Source: an uncultured Clostridia bacterium
GTDB taxonomy: Bacteria; Bacillota; Clostridia; Oscillospirales; Acutalibacteraceae
Length of the DNA: 64,000 nucleotides
Direction: 5' to 3'
Assembly: GCA_937906895.1 (NCBI GenBank)
Contig: CALCTT010000100.1
Span: 18,937-82,936 of the forward strand
Shown: one piece after another, positions 38,124 to 49,061 of the stretch
Layout of the letters: each line of letters opens with the position of its first letter
Numbering within the stretch: the stretch's first letter is position 1
The notes under the pieces: model-generated
Seen by the model: only the letters and a program-made list of their open reading frames with translations
Database searches by the model: none
What the model was told of the DNA's origin: nothing
Made by a program: the position numbers and the translations under genes

Positions 38124-39425
38124 ATGAGAATTTACGATATTATTGAAAAAAAGCGTGACGGACATAAACTTACAAAAGAAGAAATAGACTTTTTTGTACA
38201 GGAATATACAAAAGAAAAAATCGAAGATTATCAGGCTTCAGCATTATTAATGGCAATTTTCATTAATGGTATGGACGAAGAAGAAACAGTAAATCTTACT
38301 GAAAGTATGGCAAAATCCGGTGATATGCTTGACTTATCTGCAATTGACGGAATTACTGCTGACAAACACTCCACAGGTGGTGTTGGTGATAAAACATCAC
38401 TTGTTGTTGCTCCTATTTGTGCTTCTCTCGGCATTAAGATGGCAAAAATGAGTGGTCGAGGACTTGGTCACACAGGTGGTACAATTGACAAGCTCGAAAG
38501 CATTGAGGGATATAACACATCTATTGACACAGATGCATTTTTCAAGCAGGTTAATGAAATCGGTATTGCACTTATAGGACAGACAGGCAATTTAGCACCT
38601 GCTGATAAAAAGATTTATGCTTTACGTGATGTTACTGCAACCGTCGGAAATATTTCACTTATTGCTTCAAGTATTATGAGTAAGAAAATCGCAGCGGGAG
38701 CAAAGAACATTGTTCTTGATGTGAAATGTGGCAGCGGTGCATTTATGAAAGATGAAGATAGTGCCACAGAACTTGCGGAAATGATGGTTAAAATCGGTAA
38801 AAAATGTGGTCGTAATATGGCTGCAGTTATTACAAATATGGATATTCCACTTGGTTCAAGTATTGGAAATGCACTTGAAATCAAAGAAGTTGTTGATATT
38901 CTCAAAAATAAAGGTGATAAGCAATTACGAGAGCTTTGTCTTGTACTCTCCGCAACAATTTTGAGTATTTCTTACGGTTGGAATTATGATAAAGCGTACA
39001 ATAAGGCTGAAAATGCTTTGCTTGACGGTTCTGCATTCAATAAACTTAAAGAACTTGTTACTGCACAAGGTGGAAATGCAGAACTGCTTGATAATACTGA
39101 ACTTTTGCCAAGTTGCGAAAAAACACTTGAAATCAAAGCAAAACAAGATGGTTACATCCAAAGTATTGATTCAAGAATTGTTGGTGAAAGTGCTGTTTTA
39201 CTTGGTGCAGGTCGAGAAAAGAAAACTGACACTATTGATTACGGTGCAGGAATTGTAATTTTAAAGAAAACTTGCGATAAAGTTTCTGTTGGAGATACAA
39301 TCGCAGTGCTTTATGCAGAAACCGAAGAAAGACTTAAAAACGCGGAAAAGCTTTTCAACACTTCATTTACAATCGGTGCTGAAAAGCCTGAATTAATGCC
39401 TTTAGTTTATAAAACGATAAAATAA
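38124..39425 (+). CDS. pdp: pyrimidine-nucleoside phosphorylase
   Basis: MRIYDIIEKKRDG..., DKHSTGGVGD, SGRGLGHTGGT motifs. Confidence 0.9.
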   Translation: MRIYDIIEKKRDGHKLTKEEIDFFVQEYTKEKIEDYQASALLMAIFINGMDEEETVNLTESMAKSGDMLDLSAIDGITADKHSTGGVGDKTSLVVAPICASLGIKMAKMSGRGLGHTGGTIDKLESIEGYNTSIDTDAFFKQVNEIGIALIGQTGNLAPADKKIYALRDVTATVGNISLIASSIMSKKIAAGAKNIVLDVKCGSGAFMKDEDSATELAEMMVKIGKKCGRNMAAVITNMDIPLGSSIGNALEIKEVVDILKNKGDKQLRELCLVLSATILSISYGWNYDKAYNKAENALLDGSAFNKLKELVTAQGGNAELLDNTELLPSCEKTLEIKAKQDGYIQSIDSRIVGESAVLLGAGREKKTDTIDYGAGIVILKKTCDKVSVGDTIAVLYAETEERLKNAEKLFNTSFTIGAEKPELMPLVYKTIK

Positions 39426-39430
39426 AAATT

Positions 39431-39466
39431 AAGGAAAGATATGAGTTTTCATACCTTTCCTTTTGT
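39431..39466 (+). terminator. terminator of the deo/pdp cluster (3' arm overlaps the end of convergent bioY)
   Basis: AAGGAAAGATATG / CATACCTTTCCTT, one mismatch, followed by TTTT. Confidence 0.6.
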
Positions 39467-40009
39467 TATATGTGGTCGTATTTTATATGCTGAAAGCGAG
39501 GATAAAATAATACAGATTATTTCTTTTGGTAAAAACGGCAGGAATACTGTCTGAATAAACCAAATTGCAGAGTAATTATTGTTATTATAAACATTTGTGA
39601 TGAATGCGAAATATAAAATACCTATTATGTAGATTATTATCACACCAAGTAAAGATATAACAAGATATTGCCAAAACATGCATTTTTTGAGTTTTTGAGT
39701 TAAGACGCTCATTATTACGGTTGCAAGTACAAAGCCGATTATAAAGCCAAAATTAGGCAATAAAACATAGCCTAATCCTCCACCGCCTGAAAAGATAGGT
39801 AAACCAACAAGTCCAAGTGCCATATAAGTAACAGTTGCAAGGGATGATGCTTTTAATGGCAGTACAAGTCCCGTAAGCAAAACAAAGAATGTTTGCAAAG
39901 TCATGGGCATCATATTTGGCATTGGAATTCGTATAAAAGAACCTATGCAAATCAATGTACAGAATAATGCAGACAATGTTAATGTTACAATCAGATTTCT
40001 TCTTTTCAT
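39449..40009 (-). CDS. bioY: biotin transporter BioY (ECF S-component)
   Basis: Six-TM protein with PITLQTF-like PMTLQTFFVLLTG motif. Overlaps the birA stop. Confidence 0.85.
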   Translation of the reverse strand: MKRRNLIVTLTLSALFCTLICIGSFIRIPMPNMMPMTLQTFFVLLTGLVLPLKASSLATVTYMALGLVGLPIFSGGGGLGYVLLPNFGFIIGFVLATVIMSVLTQKLKKCMFWQYLVISLLGVIIIYIIGILYFAFITNVYNNNNYSAIWFIQTVFLPFLPKEIICIILSSLSAYKIRPHITKGKV

Positions 40010-40782
40010 TTGACCCTCACACTGACATCTCCTGACGAAATATCTTCAATTTCGTCATTTTCATTTTTAACAAGTAAATGACAATCATCTGTAATATCAA
40101 TTGCAGTTGCAGGTCTTGTAGCTTCACCTGAAATTATATTGATTTCTTTACCTGTAAGATATGAATACTCTTTATATCTTTTGACATAATCAGTATCCAA
40201 TCCGTTATACATACTGAAAAATCTGTTTACAACATCTGCAACGATTTTTTCTTTAATGTTTTCTTGCGTTTTTCCCGGGAAAACTGCAGTTGCAGTATCT
40301 TTTATTTCATCAGGAAAACCGTTTTCAGGTGCGATTACATTTATACCAATACCAACAACAGCGTAGTCGAGCATTTTATCAGAGTTTATTGCACCTTCAG
40401 TAAGTATTCCGCACACTTTTTTACCATCAATATAAATGTCGTTTACCCATTTAATTTTAACATCATTTTTGTTATATTTCATAACAGTTTCTGCAACTGA
40501 AACAGCAGCCATAACTGTCAAAAAAAGTGATTTTTCGGCAGAAAATTCCGGATATAAAAGTAAAGAAAAGTAAATTCCCGTACCGTTTGGAGAATAGAAA
40601 GAACGACCCATTCTGCCTCTGCCACCTGTCTGACTTAAAGCAATAACAAGCCCGTTTTCTTTTTCACCGTTTGAACCTATTTTTTTCAAATAATTATTTG
40701 TTGAATCAAGTTCATCGAAAATTGTGATATTCAGTTTTTGGTTTAAATATTTCTCTAATACTTTTTTATCCAAAATTATCAC
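40006..40782 (-). CDS. birA: biotin--[acetyl-CoA-carboxylase] ligase, no N-terminal HTH (class I)
   Basis: DSTNNY, QTGGRGRMGRSFYSP motifs. At 258 aa it is too short to carry a repressor domain. Confidence 0.88.
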   Translation of the reverse strand: MIILDKKVLEKYLNQKLNITIFDELDSTNNYLKKIGSNGEKENGLVIALSQTGGRGRMGRSFYSPNGTGIYFSLLLYPEFSAEKSLFLTVMAAVSVAETVMKYNKNDVKIKWVNDIYIDGKKVCGILTEGAINSDKMLDYAVVGIGINVIAPENGFPDEIKDTATAVFPGKTQENIKEKIVADVVNRFFSMYNGLDTDYVKRYKEYSYLTGKEINIISGEATRPATAIDITDDCHLLVKNENDEIEDISSGDVSVRVK

Positions 40783-40789
40783 CGAAGAT

Positions 40790-40818
40790 ATTATATATTG
40801 ATTTTCTTATTTATGCAA
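40790..40818 (-). promoter_or_regulatory. near-consensus sigma-A promoter for birA-bioY
   Basis: Minus strand reads TTGCAT (40818-13), 17 nt, TATAAT (40795-90). Only 7 nt separate the -10 from the GTG at 40782. Confidence 0.55.
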
Positions 40819-40819
40819 G

Positions 40820-40847
40820 AAAAAAGGGCTCGATTGAGTCCTTTTTT
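40820..40847 (-). terminator. intrinsic terminator after glgP
   Basis: AGGGCTC-gatt-GAGTCCT stem (one G-U pair) flanked by an A-run and a T-run. On the minus strand it is followed by TTTTTT. Confidence 0.7.
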
Positions 40848-40853
40848 AATTCT

Positions 40854-43202
40854 TTATATATGCCAAATTTCCTTTGCATATTCTTTAATCGTTCTATCTG
40901 ATGAGAATTTGCCTGCATTACACATATTGAGCCAACATTTTTTATAAAATTCGTGCTTATTTTTATAATCAGCGTTAACTCGTTTCTTTGTTTCAAGATA
41001 ATCATTGAAATCAAGAAGCAAATAGTAATGGTCAGGTTTATGCCAAGATGCACCTTTAAGAATTGAATCATAAAGCTCTTTGAAAATCTTTGTTTTACCG
41101 TCTTTAAGAGTACCATCTGTAAGTGCATCAAGAACACGTTTAATTTTTTCATCAGTTTCGTATAACTCTTTTGAAGAATATGTTTCTTTTATATCCTCAA
41201 TCTCTTCAACACGAGCACCGAAAATATAGTTATTGTCTTCCCCTGCTTCTTCAACAATTTCAATATTTGCACCGTCATAAGTGCCGAGTGTTACTGCACC
41301 GTTGAGCATAAGTTTCATATTGCCGGTACCTGAAGCCTCTGTACCTGCTGTTGAAATCTGTTCGCTGACTTCCGCTGCTGCAACAAGTTTTTCTGCATAG
41401 GAAACATTGTAATTCTTAACGAAAACAACTTTGATATATTTTGATACTTCACTATCTTTTTCGATAAGTTTTGCGATTTCATTAATTAGTTTAATGATTC
41501 CTTTTGCACGAGCATACCCGGGTGCTGATTTTGCACCAAAAATAAAGGTTGTCGGTGTGAAATCTGTAAGTGAACCTTCTTTGATTTCAAAATACAATTC
41601 AAGGATTGTAAGTGCATTTAAAAGCTGACGCTTATATTCGTGAAGTCGTTTAATCTGAATGTCAAAAATTGATTTTTCATCAATTTCGATTCCGTCGTGA
41701 ACTTTAATATACTCAACCAACTGCTTTTTCTTTGTTTCCTTGATTGAAATAAATCTGTTAAGAACAATTTCATCATCAGCATATTTTTCAAGTTCTTTAA
41801 GTTTATCAAGGTCAGTAACCCATTCATCGCTACCTAAAAGTTCAGTAATAAGTGCTGATAATTCACGGTTACAAAGTAATAACCATCTTCTTTGGGTAAT
41901 GCCATTAGTCTTATTCTGGAATTTTTCAGGATATAATTCGTACCAATCTTTCAAAACATCTGTTTTAAGAATATCTGTATGAATTCGAGCAACACCATTT
42001 ACATACTTTGAACAGAAAATTGCAAGATATGCCATGTGAACTCTTTTTTCCTGAATTATCTGCATTTTATCTGCTTTATCTTTTGGGACTTTTGAGTCTT
42101 TAAGCTCTTTTTTAAGCATTTTATCAAGTTGCTTAATAATATCAAGAACCTGTGGAATTGTATCACGAATAATTTTCAAATCCCATTTTTCTAGTGCTTC
42201 CTGCATAATAGTATGATTTGTATAATTAAACACATTTTTACAAATCTCAACAGCAGCTTCAAACTCTACATTTTCATTGACAGTTAAAAGCCTAATAAGC
42301 TCGGGAATTGAAATTACAGGGTGTGTATCATTAAGCTGAATTGTAATAAAATAAGCAAATTTAGAAAAATCATTACCGTGAATAGCTTTATATTTTCTTA
42401 TAATATCCTGTAAAGATGCGCTTGAGAAGAAATACTGCTGTTTAAGTCTTAATTTCTTACCCTCGTTATTATCATCATTAGGATAAAGGACACGAGAAAT
42501 ATCTTCTGCTCTGTTTTTTAAAGCAACAGATTTATCGTATTTTTGTGCGTTGAATAAGTCAAAATCAAAAGGCATAAGTGATTCACTTTGCCATAATCTT
42601 AATGTACCGATATTATCTGTACCATATCCGATAATAGGCATATCATAAGGTACTGCTTTAACTGACATATCCTTAAAATCAACTGTTACAGCATCACCCT
42701 CACATCTTACAGACCACGGGTCACCGAATTTTGTCCAGTCATCGGCTGTTTCAATCTGGAAACCATTGTGAAAATCCTGTTTGAATAAACCATATTTATA
42801 TCGGATTCCGTAACCATCAAGAGGAATATCAAGAGTTGCTGCACTATCAAGAAAACAAGCAGCAAGACGTCCTAAACCACCGTTGCCGAGGGCAGCATCT
42901 TCGACATCTTCAAGTGCTTTTAATGAAATACCAAAGTCATTAAGTCCATTTTCAACTTCATCATATAAACCTTTTGAAACAAGATTATTGTAAATTGCAC
43001 GGCCAACGAGAAATTCAGCAGATAAGTAAAATGCTGTTCTGTTTTTGATTCGTTTATCTTTACTGTTTTTCCAATCATCAGAAATGTATGACATTACAGC
43101 AGTTGAAATAACCTCGTGTAACTCATAAGAACTTAGTTCTTTTATATCTTTAAAATATTTACTTTTTGCAAGCTTAATTGCATCATTAACTATTTGTGAC
43201 AT
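40854..43202 (-). CDS. glgP: glycogen/maltodextrin phosphorylase
   Basis: GNGGLGRLAACFLDS, EASGTGNMKLMLNGA (PLP lysine) motifs, 782 aa. Confidence 0.93.
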   Translation of the reverse strand: MSQIVNDAIKLAKSKYFKDIKELSSYELHEVISTAVMSYISDDWKNSKDKRIKNRTAFYLSAEFLVGRAIYNNLVSKGLYDEVENGLNDFGISLKALEDVEDAALGNGGLGRLAACFLDSAATLDIPLDGYGIRYKYGLFKQDFHNGFQIETADDWTKFGDPWSVRCEGDAVTVDFKDMSVKAVPYDMPIIGYGTDNIGTLRLWQSESLMPFDFDLFNAQKYDKSVALKNRAEDISRVLYPNDDNNEGKKLRLKQQYFFSSASLQDIIRKYKAIHGNDFSKFAYFITIQLNDTHPVISIPELIRLLTVNENVEFEAAVEICKNVFNYTNHTIMQEALEKWDLKIIRDTIPQVLDIIKQLDKMLKKELKDSKVPKDKADKMQIIQEKRVHMAYLAIFCSKYVNGVARIHTDILKTDVLKDWYELYPEKFQNKTNGITQRRWLLLCNRELSALITELLGSDEWVTDLDKLKELEKYADDEIVLNRFISIKETKKKQLVEYIKVHDGIEIDEKSIFDIQIKRLHEYKRQLLNALTILELYFEIKEGSLTDFTPTTFIFGAKSAPGYARAKGIIKLINEIAKLIEKDSEVSKYIKVVFVKNYNVSYAEKLVAAAEVSEQISTAGTEASGTGNMKLMLNGAVTLGTYDGANIEIVEEAGEDNNYIFGARVEEIEDIKETYSSKELYETDEKIKRVLDALTDGTLKDGKTKIFKELYDSILKGASWHKPDHYYLLLDFNDYLETKKRVNADYKNKHEFYKKCWLNMCNAGKFSSDRTIKEYAKEIWHI

Positions 43203-44699
43203 TTATTTTACTCTTTTCTTTTTAGGGATTCTTTGATACAAATTTATATAATATCTTATTTTTTCAGCTAACTCGTCTGATAAATAGTCAGGTTTTGCTC
43301 TCCATTGCCAATTATCCTTAACCGTTGACGGGAAATTCATTCGTGCTTCATTTCCGAGTCCTAATAAATCTTGCATTGTAACGATTGCTGTATCGGAATT
43401 GCTTGACCACACAGCCTTCATAAAGCCCCAATTATATCCTTCTTTTCTCGATAAACGAAGATATTCTCTCGCTCTTTTTCGTGTTTTTCGTGGAGCAGTT
43501 TTTGTCATATAACCGATTATTGTATCATTATCGTGAGTACCTGCATAAGCAACTGAATTTTTTGTGAAATTATGAAGAAGATAGTCATTTTCTTCATCAC
43601 TATCAAATGCAAACTGAAGAACTTTCATACCGGGATATTTGCTTTGTTTAAGCATTTTTTTAACTGCAGGAGTCAAAAAGCCCAAATCTTCGGCAATTAT
43701 ATCCTTTTTACCAAGTGACTTTTCAATTTCTTTGAAGAATTCAATCCCGGGACCTTTTCGCCATTCACCTATTTTAGCGGTTTTAGAATCAGCGGGAATA
43801 CAGTAATAGGATTCAAAACCTCTGAAATGGTCAATACGGATTACATCACACATATTGCATAAATGTTCAATTCGATTTTTCCACCAGAAATATCCATCTT
43901 TTTTCATATAATCCCAATTATACAACGGATTTCCCCATAGCTGTCCGTCTTCGGAAAAAGCATCAGGAGGACAACCTGCAACCTCTATGGGATTACAATC
44001 CTCATCAAGTACAAACTGCATTGGATTTGCCCAGACATCTGCACTGTCTCCTGCAACATAAATAGGAATATCACCAATGATTTTTACGCCATTTTCATTA
44101 GCATATCTCTTTAAATCATTCCATTGTTTGAAGAAAATATATTGAATGAATTTTTGAAAATCAATTTCTTCCTTCAAATCGATTTTTGCTTTAGATATAC
44201 TCTTCTCATTTCTTGTTTTCAATTCCTGTGGCCATTCATTCCAGGTTGTTCCTTTAAAAGAGTTTTTTATAGCCATATATAATGCAAAATCATCAAGCCA
44301 GAATGAATTAATATCACAAAAATCAATATATTCCGAATTGCTCAATTCAAAATTACTGAATGCTTTTCTTAATACTTTAAATCGATTTTTATATAATAAT
44401 TCAAAATCAACTTTTTCAGGGTTTTCACACCATTTTATCTTTGAATAATCACTCTTTTTAAGTAAACCGTCATTACAAAGAAAATCAAAGTCAATAAAAT
44501 ATGGGTTACCTGCAAATGTTGAAAAAGATTGATATGGTGAATCACCATAACTTGTTGGACACAAAGGCAAAACTTGCCAATATGTTTGTCCGCTCTTATT
44601 CAAAAAATCAACAAATTCATAGGCTTCTTTACCTAATGTACCGATTCCCGAATTGCCCGGTAAAGAAGATATATGCATTAAAACGCCACTTGTTCTCAT
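43203..44699 (-). CDS. malQ: 4-alpha-glucanotransferase (amylomaltase)
   Basis: SGVLMHISSLPG, SPYQSFS, IRIDHFRGF, EDLG motifs of GH77. Confidence 0.92.
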   Translation of the reverse strand: MRTSGVLMHISSLPGNSGIGTLGKEAYEFVDFLNKSGQTYWQVLPLCPTSYGDSPYQSFSTFAGNPYFIDFDFLCNDGLLKKSDYSKIKWCENPEKVDFELLYKNRFKVLRKAFSNFELSNSEYIDFCDINSFWLDDFALYMAIKNSFKGTTWNEWPQELKTRNEKSISKAKIDLKEEIDFQKFIQYIFFKQWNDLKRYANENGVKIIGDIPIYVAGDSADVWANPMQFVLDEDCNPIEVAGCPPDAFSEDGQLWGNPLYNWDYMKKDGYFWWKNRIEHLCNMCDVIRIDHFRGFESYYCIPADSKTAKIGEWRKGPGIEFFKEIEKSLGKKDIIAEDLGFLTPAVKKMLKQSKYPGMKVLQFAFDSDEENDYLLHNFTKNSVAYAGTHDNDTIIGYMTKTAPRKTRKRAREYLRLSRKEGYNWGFMKAVWSSNSDTAIVTMQDLLGLGNEARMNFPSTVKDNWQWRAKPDYLSDELAEKIRYYINLYQRIPKKKRVK

Positions 44700-44729
44700 T
44701 TAATCACCAACAAAATATATTTTGAAAAA

Positions 44730-45824
44730 TCAATCGCATATTAGTCTTTCATTGATTTTATCAAAGATATGAATTCTGTCAATATCTAATTTGATAAAAT
44801 AATCATTTTCACTTTCAATATTTTGATTTGATGATACATTAGCAATGATTTTTTTATTATCTAAATTTCCGTACAAGAAATAATCTGCTCCTGTCATTTC
44901 TGCAATATCAATATGCAATTTAATAGTATTATCATCTTTAACATCTAATACAGACATATTTTCAGGTCGTATTCCAAAAACTACGTTTTTATTTTCATAA
45001 CTTTTTAAACTGTCATTCATTCTTTCAGGCAATTTAATGCTATACCCTGAAAATTCAGCATAGAAATTGTTGTTTTTCTTTTTTATTACAGCATCTATCA
45101 TATTCATTTGTGGTGAACCTATAAATCCTGCAACAAAGATGTTTTGCGGATGATTATAAAGCATTTGAGGTGTATCAAACTGTTGAATTACTCCGTCTTT
45201 CATTACAACAATTCTGTCACCCATTGTCATTGCTTCTGTCTGGTCATGAGTAACATATACAAAGGTTGTTTTTAGTTGCTTGTGAAGCATAGAAATTCTG
45301 CTTCTCATTTCCGTTCTTAACTTTGCATCAAGATTTGACAAAGGTTCATCAAGTAAAAAAACTGCAGGCTCACGAACCATTGCTCTGCCAAGGGCAACAC
45401 GCTGTCTTTGTCCACCTGATAATGCTCTTGGTTTTCTATGCAGATATTCTTCAATATCAAGCATTTTTGCAGCTGATTTTACCTTTCTGTCTATTTCATC
45501 CTTTGGTACTTTTCTGTTTTTCAGTCCAAATGCCATATTTTTATAAACTGACATGTGAGGATAAAGAGCATAGCTTTGAAAAACCATAGCAATATCTCTG
45601 TCTTTAGGTGAAACAGTATTAACAACCCTGTCCCCAATCAACAATTCACCGTCAGTTATATCTTCAAGACCTGCTATCATTCTTAATGTTGTAGATTTCC
45701 CGCAACCTGATGGTCCAACAAGGATAATAAATTCTTTATCTTTAATATCCAAATTAAGATTATCAATTACAGTTACTCCATCTTCATACGTTTTCTTTAT
45801 ATTTCTTAATGTTATTGAAGCCAT
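44730..45824 (-). CDS. sugar ABC transporter ATP-binding protein (MsmK/MalK/UgpC type)
   Basis: GPSGCGKST Walker [20 protein letters not shown]-terminal TOBE-like domain. Confidence 0.9.
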   Translation of the reverse strand: MASITLRNIKKTYEDGVTVIDNLNLDIKDKEFIILVGPSGCGKSTTLRMIAGLEDITDGELLIGDRVVNTVSPKDRDIAMVFQSYALYPHMSVYKNMAFGLKNRKVPKDEIDRKVKSAAKMLDIEEYLHRKPRALSGGQRQRVALGRAMVREPAVFLLDEPLSNLDAKLRTEMRSRISMLHKQLKTTFVYVTHDQTEAMTMGDRIVVMKDGVIQQFDTPQMLYNHPQNIFVAGFIGSPQMNMIDAVIKKKNNNFYAEFSGYSIKLPERMNDSLKSYENKNVVFGIRPENMSVLDVKDDNTIKLHIDIAEMTGADYFLYGNLDNKKIIANVSSNQNIESENDYFIKLDIDRIHIFDKINERLICD

Positions 45825-45828
45825 TTGC

Positions 45829-46668
45829 TTATCCTTTCACGGCGCCATCAATTACGCCTTTGATAATATATTTCTGACAGAGTAAATAGAAAATAATTAT
45901 TGGAATTACAGACAACACAAGCATTGCCATAAAACCACCCCAATCAATTGCACCATAAGCACCCTGCATAGCAAGTTGAATTGCAACTGATAGTGTTTTA
46001 TTACCTGAACCTAATAAAAGATATGGTAATAAAAAGTCATTCCAAATCCACATTGCATTAAGTATTGCAACGGTAATTGCCGTGGGTTTTAAAATTGGAA
46101 AAACTACATAAAAAAACGATTTAATCGGACTGCACCCATCAATCATTGCAGCTTCTTCAATCTCACGAGGTAATCCTTTAACGAATCCGCTGAACATAAA
46201 AACAGACAAGCCTGAACCAAACCCAAGATATACAGGAATTATTCCGAGTACACTATTCAAGCCTAATTTTGCACTTACGGATGTCATTGTGAACATTACC
46301 ATCTGGAATGGCACAATCATACTGAAAATAAACAAATAGTAGATTACTTTGTTAATTCTGCTTTTTACCCTTGTAAGATACCAAGCAGTCATAGAGGTAA
46401 ATATTACAATAGCAGAAACAGAACCAACCGTTATTATCAGCGTTCTAATAAATGCTCCAATCAAGCCGGATGATTCAATACCATTCAGGTAGTTTTCCAA
46501 ACCGACAAAGGTGTCGCTATCAGGAAAACTGAACGGTTCACCTATAATTGTAAATTTTGATTTAAATGAATTTATCAAAACCAAATAAATGGGAAACAGA
46601 AAAACAATTGATAAAAGCAAGAGAAATGAAAAAGAAAATGCATTTGATAATTTATTTTTAATATACAT
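45829..46668 (-). CDS. carbohydrate ABC transporter permease (MalG-like)
   Basis: Six-TM permease with EAA loop ([12 protein letters not shown]). Confidence 0.85.
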   Translation of the reverse strand: MYIKNKLSNAFSFSFLLLLSIVFLFPIYLVLINSFKSKFTIIGEPFSFPDSDTFVGLENYLNGIESSGLIGAFIRTLIITVGSVSAIVIFTSMTAWYLTRVKSRINKVIYYLFIFSMIVPFQMVMFTMTSVSAKLGLNSVLGIIPVYLGFGSGLSVFMFSGFVKGLPREIEEAAMIDGCSPIKSFFYVVFPILKPTAITVAILNAMWIWNDFLLPYLLLGSGNKTLSVAIQLAMQGAYGAIDWGGFMAMLVLSVIPIIIFYLLCQKYIIKGVIDGAVKG

Positions 46669-47513
46669 TAGTTTTCAACCTCTTTTCTTCCTGTTATCTT
46701 AAGCTGCACAAAAGCAATAACTGCAACAATTATAAAAAACACTACTGCTTTTGCCTGGCCTACTCCTTGCCATCCTATTCGTCCATAAAAAGTGTTGTAA
46801 ATATCAAGTGCCAGCATTGATGTTTCTCTTGCCGGAGCACCACCTGTCAAAGCTAAATTCTGGTCAAATAATTTAAATGAGTTTGTTAAGGTAAGGAAAA
46901 GGCAAATTGTTACTGATGGCATTACCATAGGTATTTTAATATTACGAAGAATGGAAAAAACTGATGCACCGTCAATCAATGCCGCTTCTGTAAGTTCTTT
47001 TGGAATATTCTGTAATCCTGCAATATAAATAACCATCATATAGCCGATTAACTGCCAATTGAGGAGAAACACGAGTCCCCAGAAGCCATAATCGGCATTG
47101 TAAGTTATATCATATCCGAATATACCTAAAATTGAGTTAATAAGCAGATTCCATATATAACCTAAAACGATACCGCCAATTAAATTCGGCATAAAGAATA
47201 TTGTTCTGAATACACTTGTGCCCCTTAATGCCTTTGTTAAAAGCAGTGCCAGACCAAACGCAAATGTATTTATTGTTATTACAGAAACAACTGTAAACTT
47301 AATTGTAAACCATAATGCGTTAAGAAAGTTATCATCTTCTGTAAATGCATTCACATAATTCTCAATTCCTACCCATTCGGCACTTTCAACAGTTGTAAAT
47401 TCTGTAAAGGACAGATAAATACCTAGAATAAACGGAATAAGAAATACGACTGCAAATGATATAAAAGTAGGCAATACAAATATGGGAAAATATTTCTTTA
47501 AACTCTTTTCCAT
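46668..47513 (-). CDS. carbohydrate ABC transporter permease (MalF-like)
   Basis: Six-TM permease with EAA loop (ELTEAALIDGAS). Confidence 0.85.
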   Translation of the reverse strand: MEKSLKKYFPIFVLPTFISFAVVFLIPFILGIYLSFTEFTTVESAEWVGIENYVNAFTEDDNFLNALWFTIKFTVVSVITINTFAFGLALLLTKALRGTSVFRTIFFMPNLIGGIVLGYIWNLLINSILGIFGYDITYNADYGFWGLVFLLNWQLIGYMMVIYIAGLQNIPKELTEAALIDGASVFSILRNIKIPMVMPSVTICLFLTLTNSFKLFDQNLALTGGAPARETSMLALDIYNTFYGRIGWQGVGQAKAVVFFIIVAVIAFVQLKITGRKEVEN

Positions 47514-47540
47514 TGTTTATCCATCCTTTAATAGTTGAAT

Positions 47541-48887
47541 TTATTTGCTCTCACTTTTCCAACGATTGACGAAGGTGTTTTTTACATTGTCCCAGTTTTT
47601 AGTTCCTTGCGCGTATTGTAAAAGTGCTGAACCAAAATCATTTTTAAATGTCTGGCTTGGAAAAACTGTAAAATTCCACGGTATATTTTCGGTATTTTCT
47701 TTGTTCATCCATTTAATAACTTCCTGTGCAAGTGGGTCGTTGGGCACTTCATTTTCAGAAAAAGTATCAAATGGTGCAATCAAATCAAGTTCGTTTATTA
47801 CAAAATCTTTTCCTTTTTCACTTGAGAAAAGCCAATAAATAAAATCCTCTGCTGCCTTTTGTTCTTCTTCACTTGATTTTGAATTTATCGCAAAGAAATT
47901 CTCTGTACCAATACATAAACCTTGCTTTTCCTCATTTTCTAATCCCATATAAATAGGCAAATATTTAATATTTTCTGACTTTACTGTGTTACCTTTTACA
48001 TTTTTGATTTGTCCCCAAGCCCAGTTACCATTCTGTACCATAGCACATTGGCCAAGAGCAAACTCTGCCATTGATTCATCAACAACTTTTGAACCGAGAA
48101 TCTTTTTATCAACAATTGAATTATTTATATACAAATCAAAAATGCTTTTAAAGTTTTCAGAATATAAAAATTCAATATTTGCTGTTTCATTACTTGATAA
48201 ATCAACGTTATTCTTATTAAATTCGTAATAAACGGGTATATTTGCTAAATGAGTATGCCAACGCCAATCCTCACCTGTTTTCATTGATGTTGTTGCAAAC
48301 ACACCTTTTATGCCAAGTTTATCAGCATTTTTCTGCATATCTTCAACAACTTCTTTAAGTGCAGAAAAACTTTTTATTTCGTCCATTGAGTTTAATTTTG
48401 ATGATTTATTATCGAGTTTAAAATATTTATCTGTAATTTCTTTATTATAGATTATTCCATAGCCCTCAACGACATACGGAATACCGTAAACCTTACCATC
48501 AAAAGTTACCGCTAAATTCTTATCGGTTAAATGTTGATAAAGTTCTGTGTCAGACAAATCTGCACAGTAGTTTTTCCAGTTAGCATAACCCTTAGGTCCG
48601 TTAATCTGAAATAATGTTGGTGCTTCATCTGTACCCATTTTTGCAGTCAATGTCTGTTCGTAATTACCGCTTGCAGCAGTTTCAACGATGACTTTTACCC
48701 CTTTTTCCTGCTCATATACTTTTGCAATTTCGTCATACACATTTGCAACTTCAGGTTTGAAATTCAAATATCTGATTGTTGTAACTTGTTGAGGTGTTGT
48801 TTGATTGTTATCATCTTCTCTATTACAGCCTGTAAAAATAGTTGTAAAAACTGCAAATGATAGTACAATTGATAATAATTTTTTCAT
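47541..48887 (-). CDS. extracellular sugar-binding lipoprotein of the ABC transporter
   Basis: Lipobox IFTGC, family-1 solute-binding-protein length and pattern. First gene of the maltodextrin locus. Confidence 0.8.
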   Translation of the reverse strand: MKKLLSIVLSFAVFTTIFTGCNREDDNNQTTPQQVTTIRYLNFKPEVANVYDEIAKVYEQEKGVKVIVETAASGNYEQTLTAKMGTDEAPTLFQINGPKGYANWKNYCADLSDTELYQHLTDKNLAVTFDGKVYGIPYVVEGYGIIYNKEITDKYFKLDNKSSKLNSMDEIKSFSALKEVVEDMQKNADKLGIKGVFATTSMKTGEDWRWHTHLANIPVYYEFNKNNVDLSSNETANIEFLYSENFKSIFDLYINNSIVDKKILGSKVVDESMAEFALGQCAMVQNGNWAWGQIKNVKGNTVKSENIKYLPIYMGLENEEKQGLCIGTENFFAINSKSSEEEQKAAEDFIYWLFSSEKGKDFVINELDLIAPFDTFSENEVPNDPLAQEVIKWMNKENTENIPWNFTVFPSQTFKNDFGSALLQYAQGTKNWDNVKNTFVNRWKSESK

Positions 48888-49061
48888 TTTGTCCTCCTGA
48901 AATTTAATATTCTTCTTTCAATAACTGAAATCAGTCTTCTTTTTATCTATTTTTAACAAATAATGATTAAAAAATTCCACGAATTAGAAAGTTAAAAAAT
49001 ATTGTTTTTTTCGACATTTTGTCCTATAATGTATTTATTAATGTATGAAGAGGATGTCAAT

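Noticed and set aside
40811-41152. 113-aa ORF overlapping the 3' end of glgP in another frame
   Set aside because: It overlaps the strongly supported phosphorylase CDS and the glgP terminator, and no motif or SD is present.
48916-48930. TTTCA-ATAAC-TGAAA palindrome upstream of the maltodextrin ABC operon, considered as a LacI/CcpA (cre) operator
   Set aside because: The arms are only 5 bp, there is no central CG, and it matches the cre consensus poorly. No LacI-family regulator gene is in the locus, so it could easily be chance in AT-rich DNA.
48960-49061. Purine (guanine) riboswitch upstream of xpt
   Set aside because: The likely -10 (TATAAT, 49025-30) leaves only ~30 nt of leader, and no three-way-junction sequence is visible.
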